Below are positions 49,668 to 62,477 of a stretch of DNA of 64,000 nt, one piece after another. The position numbers were made by a program, and so were the translations under genes. How positions within the stretch are numbered: position 1 is the stretch's first letter; every line of letters starts with the position of its first letter. This stretch comes from Nageia nagi. Lineage: Eukaryota; Plantae; Pinophyta. Location: contig JBITNC010000001.1 of assembly GCA_050084985.1 (NCBI GenBank), positions 141,174,001 through 141,238,000 on the forward strand, given 5' to 3'. Under the pieces are notes generated by a model that did no database searches, was not told the DNA's origin, and worked only from the letters and a program-made list of their open reading frames with translations.

Positions 49668-52115
49668 ATGGCAGAACAAAAGTTGAATATGATGTTTGAC
49701 TTGTTTGGCCGATCACTGGCCAAGTTGGATAAGGAATTATCCGATGAAGACATTACATCCAAAGATGATAAAAGAACTAAAGAGTTGGACAAGCTCCTAT
49801 TGGATTACAGTAAAAGATCAGCAAAAAGGTGGTACCCTTTGAGTCATTCTTGACTTTAATTGGAAAGAAAAAATTAAGACCGTGCAAGCTCCGCATCCAC
49901 CACAAAGGTATTCAGATGTCAACAAGAGAGATGACAACTACTTCATTTGAGGGGAAGAAGTTGACGCACATGGCAAATCAATTGGGGAAATAGACCAGGA
50001 AAACTTCAGGAAAAATGTTCATTCGCTGCACAAAATAGAATTCATTCATGTGTTTAATGATGATGTGCCAAAACAAGAGGAAAATGCCACCAATAACGAG
50101 TTTGAAGAATGTCCCATAGAAGAAATACAAAATTATGATGGAATAGATCGGAGCCAAGTATAGAAGCACCCTTCTCTGTAAAAAAGATAAAGAGAGCAGT
50201 AAAGACAATACTCTGCAAAGGGAAGAAGAAAGAGTCACGGAGACATTTAATGATTTGAAGGGGACAACCAAGAAAACACCCCCAATAGAGAAGGAAGCAA
50301 TTCTGAACTCGGGCTTGTATTCTAACAAGGGCACATCAGGATGGTTTAACATGGTTTGAGAAGAAGAACTTTCTGTCTGGACTTGTTCAGGTAGGAGCTG
50401 CTCTTGGTTCAGCCAATTGTTGTACAAAGGGATTCATTCATTAGCAATTACTTTCAGCTCGGTTTTCATACAGCAGTAAAAAGGAGAACAGTTACACCAA
50501 AAGAAAATAAGTTTTTGTACAATAGTCTTGTATTGCAAAATGAAGGATAATATCCTGCTACATGAGGGTGTAGGAGAGAAGGTTGATGAAGAAATTAAAT
50601 CAAGGAAGAATACTGCCCTAGTCCATGGGGTCTGCATGGAAGAATTCTGCAAACTACAAACAAGGAAAAGAAACACCCTTGGGACAGCAATGTCAGTAGC
50701 ACCTGAAATGTCTGAATCTGCCACGTTGCAATTGGGAAGCTTAGGTGAAGATATCTCTCCTTTGGAGACCGTCCGACATTATGTGAAGAGTCATGTTAGC
50801 ACCTCTATAAGGTAACCCTTAATTCTGAATTTTATTACATCTACATGTTGGAATTGGGAAACACACCTTCAGTATTAATTGGGCTTGATAGAAGTTTCCT
50901 CAATCATGGACTAATTATAAAAGGTAAAATTCAGGCTTTGATCCACAACTCAGTTTTGAAACAGCAGTATGAGATATCAGTTAGTAATGAACATTATGAT
51001 AACTAGTTAAGCATAGGAGATGAAATGTGGGCAGTAATGAGGGATGTTTTTGCAGAAACCACTTGTGCATTTGAGGCTGATAGTTCACTAGCTGTTGGGA
51101 CTGTTCTCATGAAAGTTGTTGATACAAGTAGGGCCTCTTATCTGCTGATTTCAGAAGCTTTTTTTGAAGAAGGCACGTTGAAGCAGTTCAAGAATTGTTT
51201 GGGCATATTGGGACACTTTGGAGCTGCACCCACAACGCAGATTGGGGATAGTTTGAAGACTGTTTTACATGGACAGTCTTGTAGGATAAAGGCTGCTCTT
51301 CCTTTCAGATCTACTTCCTTTAAAATTGTCCTAAAGTATGTGCTAGAAGAAGGCACCACATCCCACAGATTTTCAGTTTTGAATAAGAATTGTTTAAGGA
51401 CTGATTTTGCGTTGAGGAAAGAACATGAGTGGGTGGATTCTATATATGTTTATGAACTAACTAAGATGGCAAAAATGGTACTTCAGATTACAGCATGTAT
51501 GAATCTTAATCTTGCGTTAACACCAAAAGATGTTTGGAAGACTACAATCAGCTGTTACAAGGAGAGAAAGCCAGATTTTGATGATACAACTCTCAGTTCC
51601 TTTTTTGTAAATCTTCATTGTTGCTGCTGGTTTGGTCAAGTCTCTTCGTTATTCAAGCCATAGGAAATGAAGAATTTTGGAATTTTGATGCTCCGGGAAA
51701 ACTTGTACCACCAAAGGGCACAGTTGCAAAAGAACAATCAGATTTGTTCCAGTTCAAAAATTGCATGAGCACAGGCTCTAGTGCACGGTTTGGGCAGCAA
51801 AAAAGCTTCAATTAGGGGACAACATTCATTCATCCGTGTTATGATGTCAGTCTTTGGTATCTTTGCATGGCAACAAGGTTTGGGACCCCACTCTTGTATG
51901 ACAAGAGCAACAGTGATGTTCATGGTGATGACCTTCGCACCATTATTTGTCTTCGACTTCATGGAAAAGAAAGTACAACCTTGGCAAGGTTGGTCTTTAG
52001 TTAGAAGAGCACCATGAAAGCGTAATGAACTTCCTTCAATGACAAAATTGGGAATATTAGTGATGAAAATAAATTGGCTTTGCTTGGGGACAAGCAACTT
52101 TCGAAGGGGCGAATT
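49668..52115 (+). pseudogene. Degenerate long ORF of unknown function inside the non-autonomous LTR element
   Basis: A chain of ORF fragments (49668-49853, 50528-50815, 51025-51663, 51781-52017) broken by stops and frameshifts. It ends in LGDKQLSKGRIC overlapping the PPT, as chromovirus pol C-termini do. Confidence 0.5.
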
Positions 52116-53819
52116 TGTAATATTCTTAAATAGTAGGGTTCCACTGATTTTTAGTCTTGGAGGGACTTTGTCCTTGACAAGCCAGGAATTGCTGATTCAT
52201 CACCTTAAATGGATAGAGAATCTCATGCCAATCATTTTGACAGGTTTCATGACATGGTTTTGTGAAGAAATGAAGGAAATAAGTCATTTGGAAGTTCACC
52301 CACTAGACCAAATTTCTCATATCACACATGCACGAGAATTTAGAATTCTATTTTCATTTGACTATTGGAGATATGATGTCCCTCTTCTAGGGATGTGTAA
52401 TTTTTATTTCAATAATTTAGGTGTGATTCATATCTAATAGGAGCATTTTAATATTTAAGCCCTATTTTTATATTTTTATCCCACTTGAAGGCTCTCCAAC
52501 ATGGGATGTTGGACTCTATGAGTTATTAATTGTTATTTTTAATTAATAAATTATATGGACCACTTGAGGATGCCAAATATTATTGTACTTGTAAAACCAA
52601 GGCAAATAATAATTGTAAATGTAATGTTAGTCTCCTTTAGTGAGGCGTTGCATATCTTGGCCTTGATGAATTGTAATTTGGCATATCAAGGCATTTGGAT
52701 GCCTCTTAATGTAATGTTGCTTCCCCCTAAGCCAAATGCATCCCTAGGGGCAAAGTACGAGGATCACAAGAGGGAAACACTAATCCCTAGGCGCAAAAGA
52801 ATCCAAGAGGGAAGCATGGCATCATGAAGGACAAAATGACATTGTTAGATGTGATTTCATTGATCACAAGATACACACAATGCAACGTTTCACTCCAAGA
52901 GCACATCTCGATCATCAAAGGTGATTGTGGTGATCCCAAGGCACATGGAATCATCTACAGGTGGATGCAGGACATAGAGGCCATTTGGAGTCTATAAAAG
53001 CAGGATAAGACCCCATTTGTGGATATGTTTGTTTAGAATTTATTCTCTCTTTAGGTTGTGGGTGCCGACTCCTTCCATTGCCTCTTTTGGTGAAAGCCCA
53101 CAAGGGAGGTGCTGAGATTTGATGAGATCTTAAGGTTGTATGGATAGCTACTTTGAAGGTTAGCACATCTCAAAGGACTTGCTAGTTATCTAGGGGTGTT
53201 GGCATTACCCTAGATTATCATAACACTACTAGAGACCCTTGTGTTCTGGCCATAATTGCGAGGAGGAAGTCCTAGTACAAGCCTTGCAAATTTTGTGGGA
53301 CAACCTTGGTGCTTTCCTTAGTCTTCAGCATTCAAGAAGATCTTCAACTAGGGTACCATTGCTCTAAGGAATGTAATTTAGTTTCTCATTGCTATATTAT
53401 TATAGTTACATTTGTGGTTCAATATTTGTGTTATCTTGAGAGATCTTGCCCTAGGAAGCTAGACGTCGAGTTGTGGATGCATTATCGAGTTAACTTGCTA
53501 TCTTAGCCTAGACATTGAGCTTGCATTAGTTAATTGCACTTCTACGGATGAGATCTTGCATTTTTGGCTAGTCGTTTGATATTAGGGATGCTTGTTTGTT
53601 GAGTTGTGCACCTAAGGTTGGACATTGGGTCACTCTGGACCCAAATGTTGGCTTTTGGATTGCTAATTTGGCTCTTGGAGGTTAGATGTCTGCATTCTTG
53701 TTGCTTCCCTAGGGCTTTCCGGTGCATAATCGGTTTACTTGCTTAATTTGGTGAATTCTAGTTAATTTTATGAGCCCCTTTGGCATGATTCCGGATCAGC
53801 CCTAGTTCGGAATATTTAA
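52116..53819 (+). repeat. 3' LTR (terminal CA lost)
   Basis: tgtaatattc...aatattta, collinear with the 5' LTR. Confidence 0.9.
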
Positions 53820-55419
53820 AGAGCGAAAAACCCCATTGTCTAGTGTTAAAGGGTTCATTTTGGCCATTTTTCAAAATCAAAATTCAAACACACGAGAGGA
53901 TGGAGCATCGAAGAACTATCACATTGGTCTTGGAAACTTTCAAAAAAGGGCAAAATCATGCAAATGAGGACTAGGTGCAGTTTTCATCCTCTTGATCACC
54001 TTGAAGAAAGAAAGCATGCACCAAATTATGAAATATGATGAAATTTTGACTTCATCAAATCAGAATTTGAAAACATGGGTATTTTGAAAGATCCAAAGAT
54101 GAACAAGTTTAACATTGGAGGTTTTGAAAATACACAAAAAAGGACACCTTGCTGCCTATGTGCAATTGTTCTTCCTTTACTCCCTTTTGATGCATGTTCA
54201 AAGAACAAAAACCTTCACCTAGCATGCAAATGGCACTATATAGCATGCAAAAGGCATCCTTAAGGAGGAAAGAACAAGTTCAACGGCTAATGGGGTATCA
54301 AGAGAGTCAAAAAGCCTTACAAATACAAGCTCAAACCCCCATTTACCTCACAAACACTCCATTTTCCTGCCTAAGCATGCATTTTGAAGCCAAATTACAT
54401 GAAAAAATGCAAGATCCATCAATTTTAGAAAATGATTTGAAGAATGGATTTGAGTACCCATTTCCATTGTGTTGAAGTCTTGAAGATAGTGTGGATTAAA
54501 ATTGGCAAAACAAATGATCACAAGTGTGATTTTTCAAGCAAAATGCACTTTTTTAGGCTTTGCATGCACCAAAAACCCAAAATGTACAATATTCTCAAAA
54601 TACACATTTTTGAAGAATCCTCACCAAATTGCTTGGAAATTCGCTATGAACACTTACATGAAGGGCAAATTCAAATATGAAGAAAGGAGCTTAAAGATTG
54701 GCAAATAGATCCAAAACGACATTCAATTCACAAAACCAAGCATCATATGTGCAAGTTCACTAGATTGAGTTGTTTTTCCAAGTTTAGAGGTTTCTCTAAA
54801 TATATTCCTTTGTAGCTAAATTAGTGGAATTCCACTAAAATTTTGTAATATCAAAACTCTATAAATTGACTCTAGGGGTTCTCATTTGTTCTAGAATGAA
54901 ATTTTGTGAAAAAACAAAATTTTTGTAAAAGAGGAGCAACTTGTAAACTTATGTGCAACTCTTTTATGAAGTGAATACAAGTGGTGAACTATTGAAAAAA
55001 GTGGACTTTTCATCTTTTATTTAAAATCTTTTAAATTGTTTGAATCGTCTTTAGATAGTTGTTTGGTTCAACTTGCATGTTTAAATGAATGTATTTTGAA
55101 TTTGTTTCTTTTCTATGTCATCAACTTAGAAGCTTTCATTCAAACCTAGTTAGTTTGTGTTATCTACTCTAAGTTCTTTTGACTGCCCGTTTACGAAGTA
55201 TCGAAAATCAACTTTGCTCCATGCTTTTGAAGATAACTTGGACTTATGTCATTTATCTCCAACTTTGATAAATTGAATGAAATTTCTTAATTGATCTAGA
55301 AATTTAACAATTTAGACACTGCTTCATTGCGATAATCACTTTGATATCTAACTAGTATTGAATCATTCTCAAATGATTTCTGTTACTTTCTTTAATTCAT
55401 TTGGGTATCCAACGTTATA

Positions 55420-56040
55420 TAACTGATAATGGTGCCTACAACTTTCGGCCAGGGTTGAGGTAAACCCTCTTGCTAAATATATTTCCCATCCCAACCTATC
55501 AGACCTATCTTCTTGCTTGACATGAAGAAATCCAATTCGGTTTGCTGAGGGTGCTTATCCTTATGAATTTTCAAGCCTTCATTCAGTAAGCCAGAAATCT
55601 CCGCCAAAACCATCGATGAGATCTCAGACATGAATGAGCCTACTGTCACACAGCCTTCCACCCAACTGTTTGCCATTTGGTGACAAACAACAACATCATA
55701 ACCTTCAAACAGGTCAAGGAAATTCCAATATCCAATGTTTTTCAGCACATCTTGTACATCGTCGTTGACCAAGAGCTTCGATGGTTTTGGGCATAAGTCT
55801 TTGTGCCCCCTACTAGAACTTCATGCCTTGCCTTTCGCCATTACCAATAAAGCTTGTTGCATATGCGCTAGAGACCTCTCCTTAGTCACTGACGACGAGT
55901 CACTCCAGACCAACGTTCTTAAAGCTTGAAGCTATGCTCTCCACCTTTTAGACGTCTAATCATCGCCTAAGCATGTATCATTACCTGATTGGCCTCCAGC
56001 ACACTCTCTTCGTTCATGTGAGCCATCTTGGGACATGATT
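55420..56040 (-). pseudogene. Retrotransposon accessory ORF fragment (plant-transposon-protein / PMD-like)
   Basis: VQDVLKNIGYWNFLDLFEGYDVVVCHQMANSW...EISSMVLAEISGLLNEG...LPQPWPKVVGTIISYIT resembles the extra ORFs of plant LTR elements (GW..F...F.G.....F..SF...I...TGLP..G...LP.PW...YIT). Confidence 0.5.
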
Positions 56041-56719
56041 TCCTAGGTACAGTCCAGACACAATGCTGAGCTCGCACATGATGCAAGGTGATATGACACC
56101 TTCAATCGTTTTCTTTGGCCATATTTGTTATCTTCGCCTCCATTCAATGATTAATCCCATCCTTCCTTGAAGTTATGTTATTTCAAGTAGCTTGAAAATG
56201 ATTTTCTCAATCTTACTCTCCCTAAGGTCAAATTATTCCAACTTGTGGGGTAGAGGCATAGTTCTTTCCTTTCTCCTTCACTTCAAATATGTTTTGTGAT
56301 AAAGCTTACCTATAATGCCCAATGAATTAGACATCAGTCTTATGCCTTGTTTTGTTTTCCGCTTTGCTTTCCAATCTTTTACACCCTCCATGCTATAAAC
56401 CTTGGCCCATTATCTTGAGAAAGGAGCAACTAAGGTCTTTATTGCAAAATTTATTATTGCCCTTGGTTGAGGGTTTAGGCCAACATATCAGCCCAAATTA
56501 GGGGTTTAAAGCGACTCCACCTAGTTTGGTTTGCTTTCGGGCATGACACTAGCCTAGGCACATTTGTTGAGGGAGTCGTGAATCAATTAAAATAGGTGTT
56601 AGTTGTCTTTAATGTGAATGTGTTGTGGGATTGCTTTTTCCCCTAGATGTAATTGATTTGTCTTTGAGCCCTTGAATAGGATGTGTTGTGCTTTGGGGTG
56701 GTGTGGGATAAAATTTCAA

Positions 56720-58270
56720 TTCATTGTTCTCTTACATGATGCCCTTGTCCTTGTTCTTCAACAATTTGAATTTCGTGAACCATTATGCAATATGACATAT
56801 TGATGTAACACCCATTGCACTATCCACAAATTACACTTCGACATGTATGTGGACATCAAGTTGATTGCAACAACCTCGATGCTCATACAACTTGTTAGTT
56901 CAAATACTTTATAACCTTGCCCATTTGCTAGTGCAACACCCCATTGTACAAGTTGTCATCATTTTTTGAGCATGTTCCCAATCAAAGCATTTTATCATTG
57001 GTCAAATTGAATTGATTCCACCATTGTCGGCCAAGGACTCGTTTGAGTTTGACTTCTAGTGCGACAATATGGGCTGAGTTGTTGCAATTTAAGTTTAAGT
57101 TGGAAGGTTGATGTTGACCTTAGAAATTTACAAAACAAGGATGACACTTCCTTTCATTGTTGTCTTGCATGATGTCCTTGCCCTTTTTCTTCAACAATTT
57201 AAACCTCATGACCATTATGCTACATTCAATATTGATGTAACACCCATTGCACTATCGACACATTATAGTTTGACATCTATGTGCATGGTAATTGTCATAT
57301 CAATCGCAACCTCTTTATGCTCACGCAACTCGTTTGTCCAAAGACTTCATAGTCTTGCCCATTCGCTAGTTCAACAACACATTGTACAAGTTATCATCAT
57401 TTCTTGAGAATGTTCCAATTGGAGCATTTCATCATCGATGAAATTGAATTGATTACACCATTGTCAAATAAGAACTCATTGTTGTCTTGCACACTGTTTG
57501 AAAGTGCACAAGTAATCCCCAATTACTCACGGATAGTTGCGATTTGCAAGCCAAATGCATAACTCGGGTGCATTATACAGCCCTGGCTATTTCCAATGGC
57601 TACTTGTGGGTTATTTGCCTACAATCAAAATAGAGCAAAAAAACATGAAAAAAGACGGTCAACACCAAAAAGTGCCTTTTAGTTTTTGATATGTTTGATT
57701 AGTTTTTTGCTTTGTAGGTTAATCTGTGAAGGATTTGAAGATTGACCATCAATTTCATATCTAAATATCTTTTTGTATGTTTTTTTCATGAAATGTTTGA
57801 GGTTTGTTTTGCTGAGTTTTTGTTGAGTACTCTCCAAATTGTTTCTTACTAGGTAGTTCCAGAGTCTGAGTTTTCCAACACCGGTATTGCATGATGCCCT
57901 TTCCCTTGTTCTTTAAGAATTTGAACTTTGTAAACCATTATGCAACATGACATATAGATGTAACATTGATTGCATTATCCACACATTACACTTTGACATC
58001 CATGTGGATGTCATGTTGATCACAACATCCTTGATGCTTGCACAACTCGTTAGTCAAAAGACTGGAAGTCTTGCCCATTTGCTAGTGCAACAACCCATTC
58101 CGCAAGTTATCATCGTTTTTCAAGTATGTTCCCCGTAAGAGCATTTCATCATCGGTCAAATTGAATTGATTACAACATTATCGATTGAGGACTCATTCAA
58201 GTTTGGGTTTGATTTGACAATATGGGCTTAGTTGCAATCTTAAGTTTAAGTTGGAAAGTCGATGTTGACT
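56720..58270. repeat. Three diverged copies of a ~330-400-bp unit (56720-57119, 57152-57480, 57476/57889-58270)
   Basis: Shared catgatg.cct..., gatgtaaca..., cttgcccatt.gctagt.caaca and aaattgaattgatt. Confidence 0.85.
57492..57883. mobile_element. hAT-family MITE (392 bp) inserted in the third repeat copy
   Basis: TSD gtcttgca/gtattgca (1 mismatch). TIRs cactgtttgaaa / tttccaacaccg. The uninterrupted site is preserved in copy 2 (gttgtcttgcatgatg at ~57159). Confidence 0.8.
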
Positions 58271-58399
58271 TGCTACCATATGTTCTTGAGGGTTAGACTT
58301 CATTCATCATGTTCATCTCAGATTTTGCTTTTCTCAACCAAACATAAACCAATGATGCATCTTATGTGGGTTTTAGTAGTGAAATCACCACAAAGTTTG

Positions 58400-61300
58400 C
58401 CACTAAAAAGCATTCTTCAAACTTGATATTTTTAGCCATCAACATATCTAGGGTGTTACTCTACATTTATCAACTAAATTTAACTTGAATAATTATGCCA
58501 AAATCTTGGCTTTTTGCAACATCTCCTACATTTGCTTTAGTAACACAATCATGCTACATCCACCATTAATGGCATTTGTCAATGTTCATTGAGGATGTCC
58601 ATGTGCATAGATCCTCCCTCTTCTATGGACCTAAACTATTTATGCTTGATCTCCAAAGCTTCTACCATTAATTCATTCAATTTTACTAGGATGTTGCTTT
58701 TCTTATTGTATACACAAGATGCTTAGAGTATTAGAGTTGGACTTTTTGATGCCACCTAAGATAAGCTTTTCTTGGTTCTTACTTTTGCTTCATGCAACTT
58801 CTTCTATTCTATCATATTGGGGTATTAATTTTTTGTGGCTTGCATTCTTGTTACCAGAAATGTAGTGGATGTAATGCCAACAGTAATAAAATAAGACCAT
58901 GCTTTTTCTTTTGTGAATTTTGGTTCTTCATGGTTACCTAAACCACCTCATGATATTATCATTGTTTTGACATTCCTTTGTGAATTACAACCATTTGTTG
59001 CAAACATGACATTGCACAATATACCATTTGTGTCATGCTACAACTTTCAACCATTAGGTGGTTGTTTGTTTTGATTTGGTTGACACCCTTAACATGGATT
59101 GCGATAACCCTTGATTACTTTCCTAGAGGCTCACACTTTTCACTTTTGTTTCTTTCTTCTTCCCATTATGGTGGCAGTTCTCCTTTGAGTGCTTGATAAC
59201 TTCAGGTATCACATTGTTGGTCACTTAGATGGTTAGCACTACTGTGGTTTTCCTTCAATATTTCATACATCAAATGACTTTCTTTCCTTTCTTTATATAT
59301 CCCTTAAACTCCCTTAATGTGCGCATCACATCCTTGTGCAAAGTAGTGATGGATGTGGATTCCTCATCATCGTCATTGTTTGAGGCACTTTTTTGTCTTT
59401 GGACATTGCTAGCCTTTTGTTTACTTTCCAAGTTCATTGCATGGTCATACACTTGTACATTGTTGATTGTACATAACCAATCTTTGAGAAATTTTTTGGC
59501 CAAATCTCTTTAATGAATCATTGCTTTTACAAATTGTAATTGGGCAGAATCTCCAATTTCTAATGAGCTACACAAGATGACATGGTACTTATTTACCAAA
59601 TTTTTTTTTATTGCTTGATGCTGTAAATCTCAGCAACAATCTTATTATCTTTTCTTAACAAATTAAACTCACTGAATGGCTTACACAATCCCTGCCCAAG
59701 TGTTTATTTTGTTCTTGTTTTTCACAACATATTAATAATTTGATGCACCATGTAATGTAGTGAGAAATGCTTTGGTTCAGTATCTCTCATCTAACTAGCC
59801 ACTCATTATCCATATAATGATGTCTGTTTTATTATGGCATCCGATTATGATGTATGTATCACATTGAAGGGTTGTGTTGGATTACCATTGCCCTAAACCT
59901 TTGGAAGCATTTTCGTCTCACCCATTATATTTTGGTCAGCCATGACATTCTCACTCTTTGGTTGTGTGGGCGGCTCCAACAATAGTCCTACCTCTAGAAC
60001 TTCCTCAATGAGTCCTCCCTCACCATCTCTTTGCATTGTTGCAATTGTCATCATCCTTGTATAACCTTTCAATTCATGGTGCACGAGATCCTTCAGCATT
60101 GTTGGTCTTAGGTGCTGAACCCTCGTTATCCAGGTTTGTAAATGCACCTTTTTTTCCAAAATTGTCGCTTGGTATCTTGTTGCCATTGTCGTACTTATCA
60201 CCACTTCTCTCGTTCTCATCATCACCAATCACATAGTATTTCTATTGTTTGTCAATGGTGTCATCATGCACTAGTTCTCATTGTCTTTTTCACCATCAAT
60301 AATTCTATTGCTATTCTACACATTGTCAACAAACCTTCCAATGTTTGACTCTATATTGTCAAAAATACCTACATTTTTCAAATCTTCACTTACGTTGTTT
60401 GTGCATCCGTCAGAAATACTGTCAACATTATCTTTTTAAGCCCTTTCTTTGACAACAATCTCAAAACCTTGTTCTCTTGTGATGTTACACAATAATTGTC
60501 AGAAACACACTCAACTTAACCTTTGTAAGCCCTTTCTTCAACAATGATCCTAAAACCCTGTTCTCTCCTAATGTTACACAATAATGGACATTCTTTTCAG
60601 CCTTTTGTATGACTATTCAATGTTTCTGTACTTATCCTTAGTGGCAGCATGGACTGTTAAGTGAACATGCTTGTTCTTTGATGTTGTGTACTTTGGAACT
60701 TCAATGATGTTCAGCTTTTTCATCAATGGAATTTTGGACCCACTGCTTGAATTTATGTTTCACTCTTTATCCATGTTTACTCTTCTTGGTAATGTGTATT
60801 AAACATTGTGGGCCAATCTCCAATTATATCTGCTTCCTCAGGCTAATGTTTCATGTACTTCAGTTATTCCATTTGCAGTCGTCACATTTGAGCTTCTCTT
60901 CTCTTCATTGGGTCATCATCCTTTATTTTCTTATCTTTTTGATGATCTGCTTCATTCTTTTTATTTTCTCTGTACTTTTTCAACTCGAGATACCTTGGAA
61001 TGAGGATCCTTTGGAGTTTTAGAAATGTATGCTTAACATATTTGTTTGACACCTAAGTTGTGGACATTTCCATGTATGTTATATTTTTTATATCTTTGCA
61101 CGAACAAACATTTCTAGCTTCGGAGCCCCTTTGAAGTCCTTTGTGAATTCCTCTTCTTCCTTATTATTGCTTTTTTTCCATGGCAGCTTCCCAATCCTTC
61201 AATAGACTTGAAAACTATCTGTTCTGTATTTTAAATTTTTTTTCTTCTGACAAACACACATGATTGAGAGCTACTTTTACAAATTGATGGTACAGGGCAA

Positions 61301-61875
61301 TTTGTTAGGATGTGGGATTAGCCATATACGGTCATGTACAACAAATGGGATGTGCACAGACAAGCAAACATGTTCGACAATTGATGCGAACCCAGTTTCC
61401 CATGATAACAATTGATGCAGTCACATAGACTAACACAATAGATTCTTACAATGACACCAAAAGTGTAGAAATGCAGTTTTGTGAATTATATACTGTGGAT
61501 CATAGTCAACATTGTTGTAGCTGAATAGTAAATAGACACAAACACAACACATGATGCATAACAAAACTTAATATGGAACATATGCTTATATCATTTGAAC
61601 ATAATTAATACATCAATATGCCAACATTCAAAGTCACTTGTACCATAATAGTGACTTCCAAACTATGCTCTCGTAATTTTGGCATCTGTCTCCTAACAAA
61701 CTGAATGATATGCAGTCATCATAGACTCATAACTGACAATGCTAACAGTGCACAACAAAATGTAGTATTCCTCGTGACTCATCACATAATCATTTTCATT
61801 ACTCATGACACTATTATGGCATGTACTATAATAACAAAAAGTCAATGTGCATTTCCTCTCTATGGGTTGTAGAGC
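58400..61875 (-). mobile_element. Unclassified degenerate TE-like region with coding remnants on the minus strand
   Basis: Stop-ridden frames (YDHAMNLE...LREFKGYIKKGK; WKCPQLRCQ...KCDDCKWNN), an internal ~89-bp duplication at 60438-60590, and gactcat/gtcac motifs near 61630-61810. Confidence 0.35.
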
Positions 61876-62477
61876 ATAGAGAATTTCCTACTCACAAGGG
61901 AGATGCACTTTATCTCATAGATTAAGTATTAATGATAAAGTTGAAAAATATAAAAATTTTGAGTACGTTAAATTAGGCATGAGGTGGGAGTTTTGAGGTT
62001 GCTTTTGAAGTTGAATGAGAAGGTAGGCTTGGATTCTAGGGCTTTGCATGATCAGCTATTAAAGCCAGGAGAGAATTTTAGGAGCCAAAACAAGGCATGA
62101 GGAAAGATCTGGCCTCTGGCCTTCCAATGAGAATAAAGATTCAATACATGATTTGAAGGTAGTTGAGAAGGACAATAAAATAACACAAATTTCAGAAGAA
62201 ATTGTGAAGTATATTGTAGATTTTGAGAGGCGTGCACTAGTGATCTCGATGAAGTCATAGGGGGCATAATGGATTGCGCTCACATCTCCTAAATTAGCAT
62301 CACCTTCACAGCCTTTGCTTAGAGCGACTTTTTCAGAGTTTGGCTTGAGGCAGTTTGCTCGGTTGCCTATGAATCCAGCAATAACATTGTGATTAATCGC
62401 TAGGGTAATGTATTTATCTATCATCATTATGGCTATAGGAGTAAAGATGAAAACCCATGTGGTATTTGGAATTGGAA

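Larger units (their letters stand above)
47058..53819 (+). mobile_element. Non-autonomous Ty3/gypsy (chromovirus-like termini) LTR retrotransposon
   Basis: ~1.7-kb LTRs at 47058-48750 and 52116-~53819. PBS tggtatttgagcc (tRNA-iMet-like) at 48752, PPT gaaggggcgaat at 52103-52114. The internal 3.3 kb lacks recognisable RT/RH/INT. Confidence 0.9.
44555..54980. mobile_element. Large LTR-like/retrotransposon non-coding region with degenerate sub-repeats, hosting two younger insertions
   Basis: It starts TGTTGTG. Recurrent motifs aaattgaagatatgggtattttgg and aaacttgcaacatttcaatttgcaccaaa occur at 44860-46860 and again at 54050-54130. The right boundary is uncertain. Confidence 0.45.

Noticed and set aside
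47032-53727. Paired ORFs (MDHLRMPNI..., MH.KAL.K.QEC...) as duplicated genes
   Set aside because: They lie within the two LTRs and simply reflect LTR identity.
56737-58270. Pre-SET/SET domain fragment (CxxxCxSxxCGxCNxC...EEQGKG) in the triplicated repeat
   Set aside because: The Cys cluster has an in-frame stop in the copies checked, no SET core follows, and another frame is equally open.
62059-62427. 122-aa minus-strand ORF as a gene
   Set aside because: No motif or splice support. The plus strand weakly resembles a LINE ORF1 start but is too weak to call.
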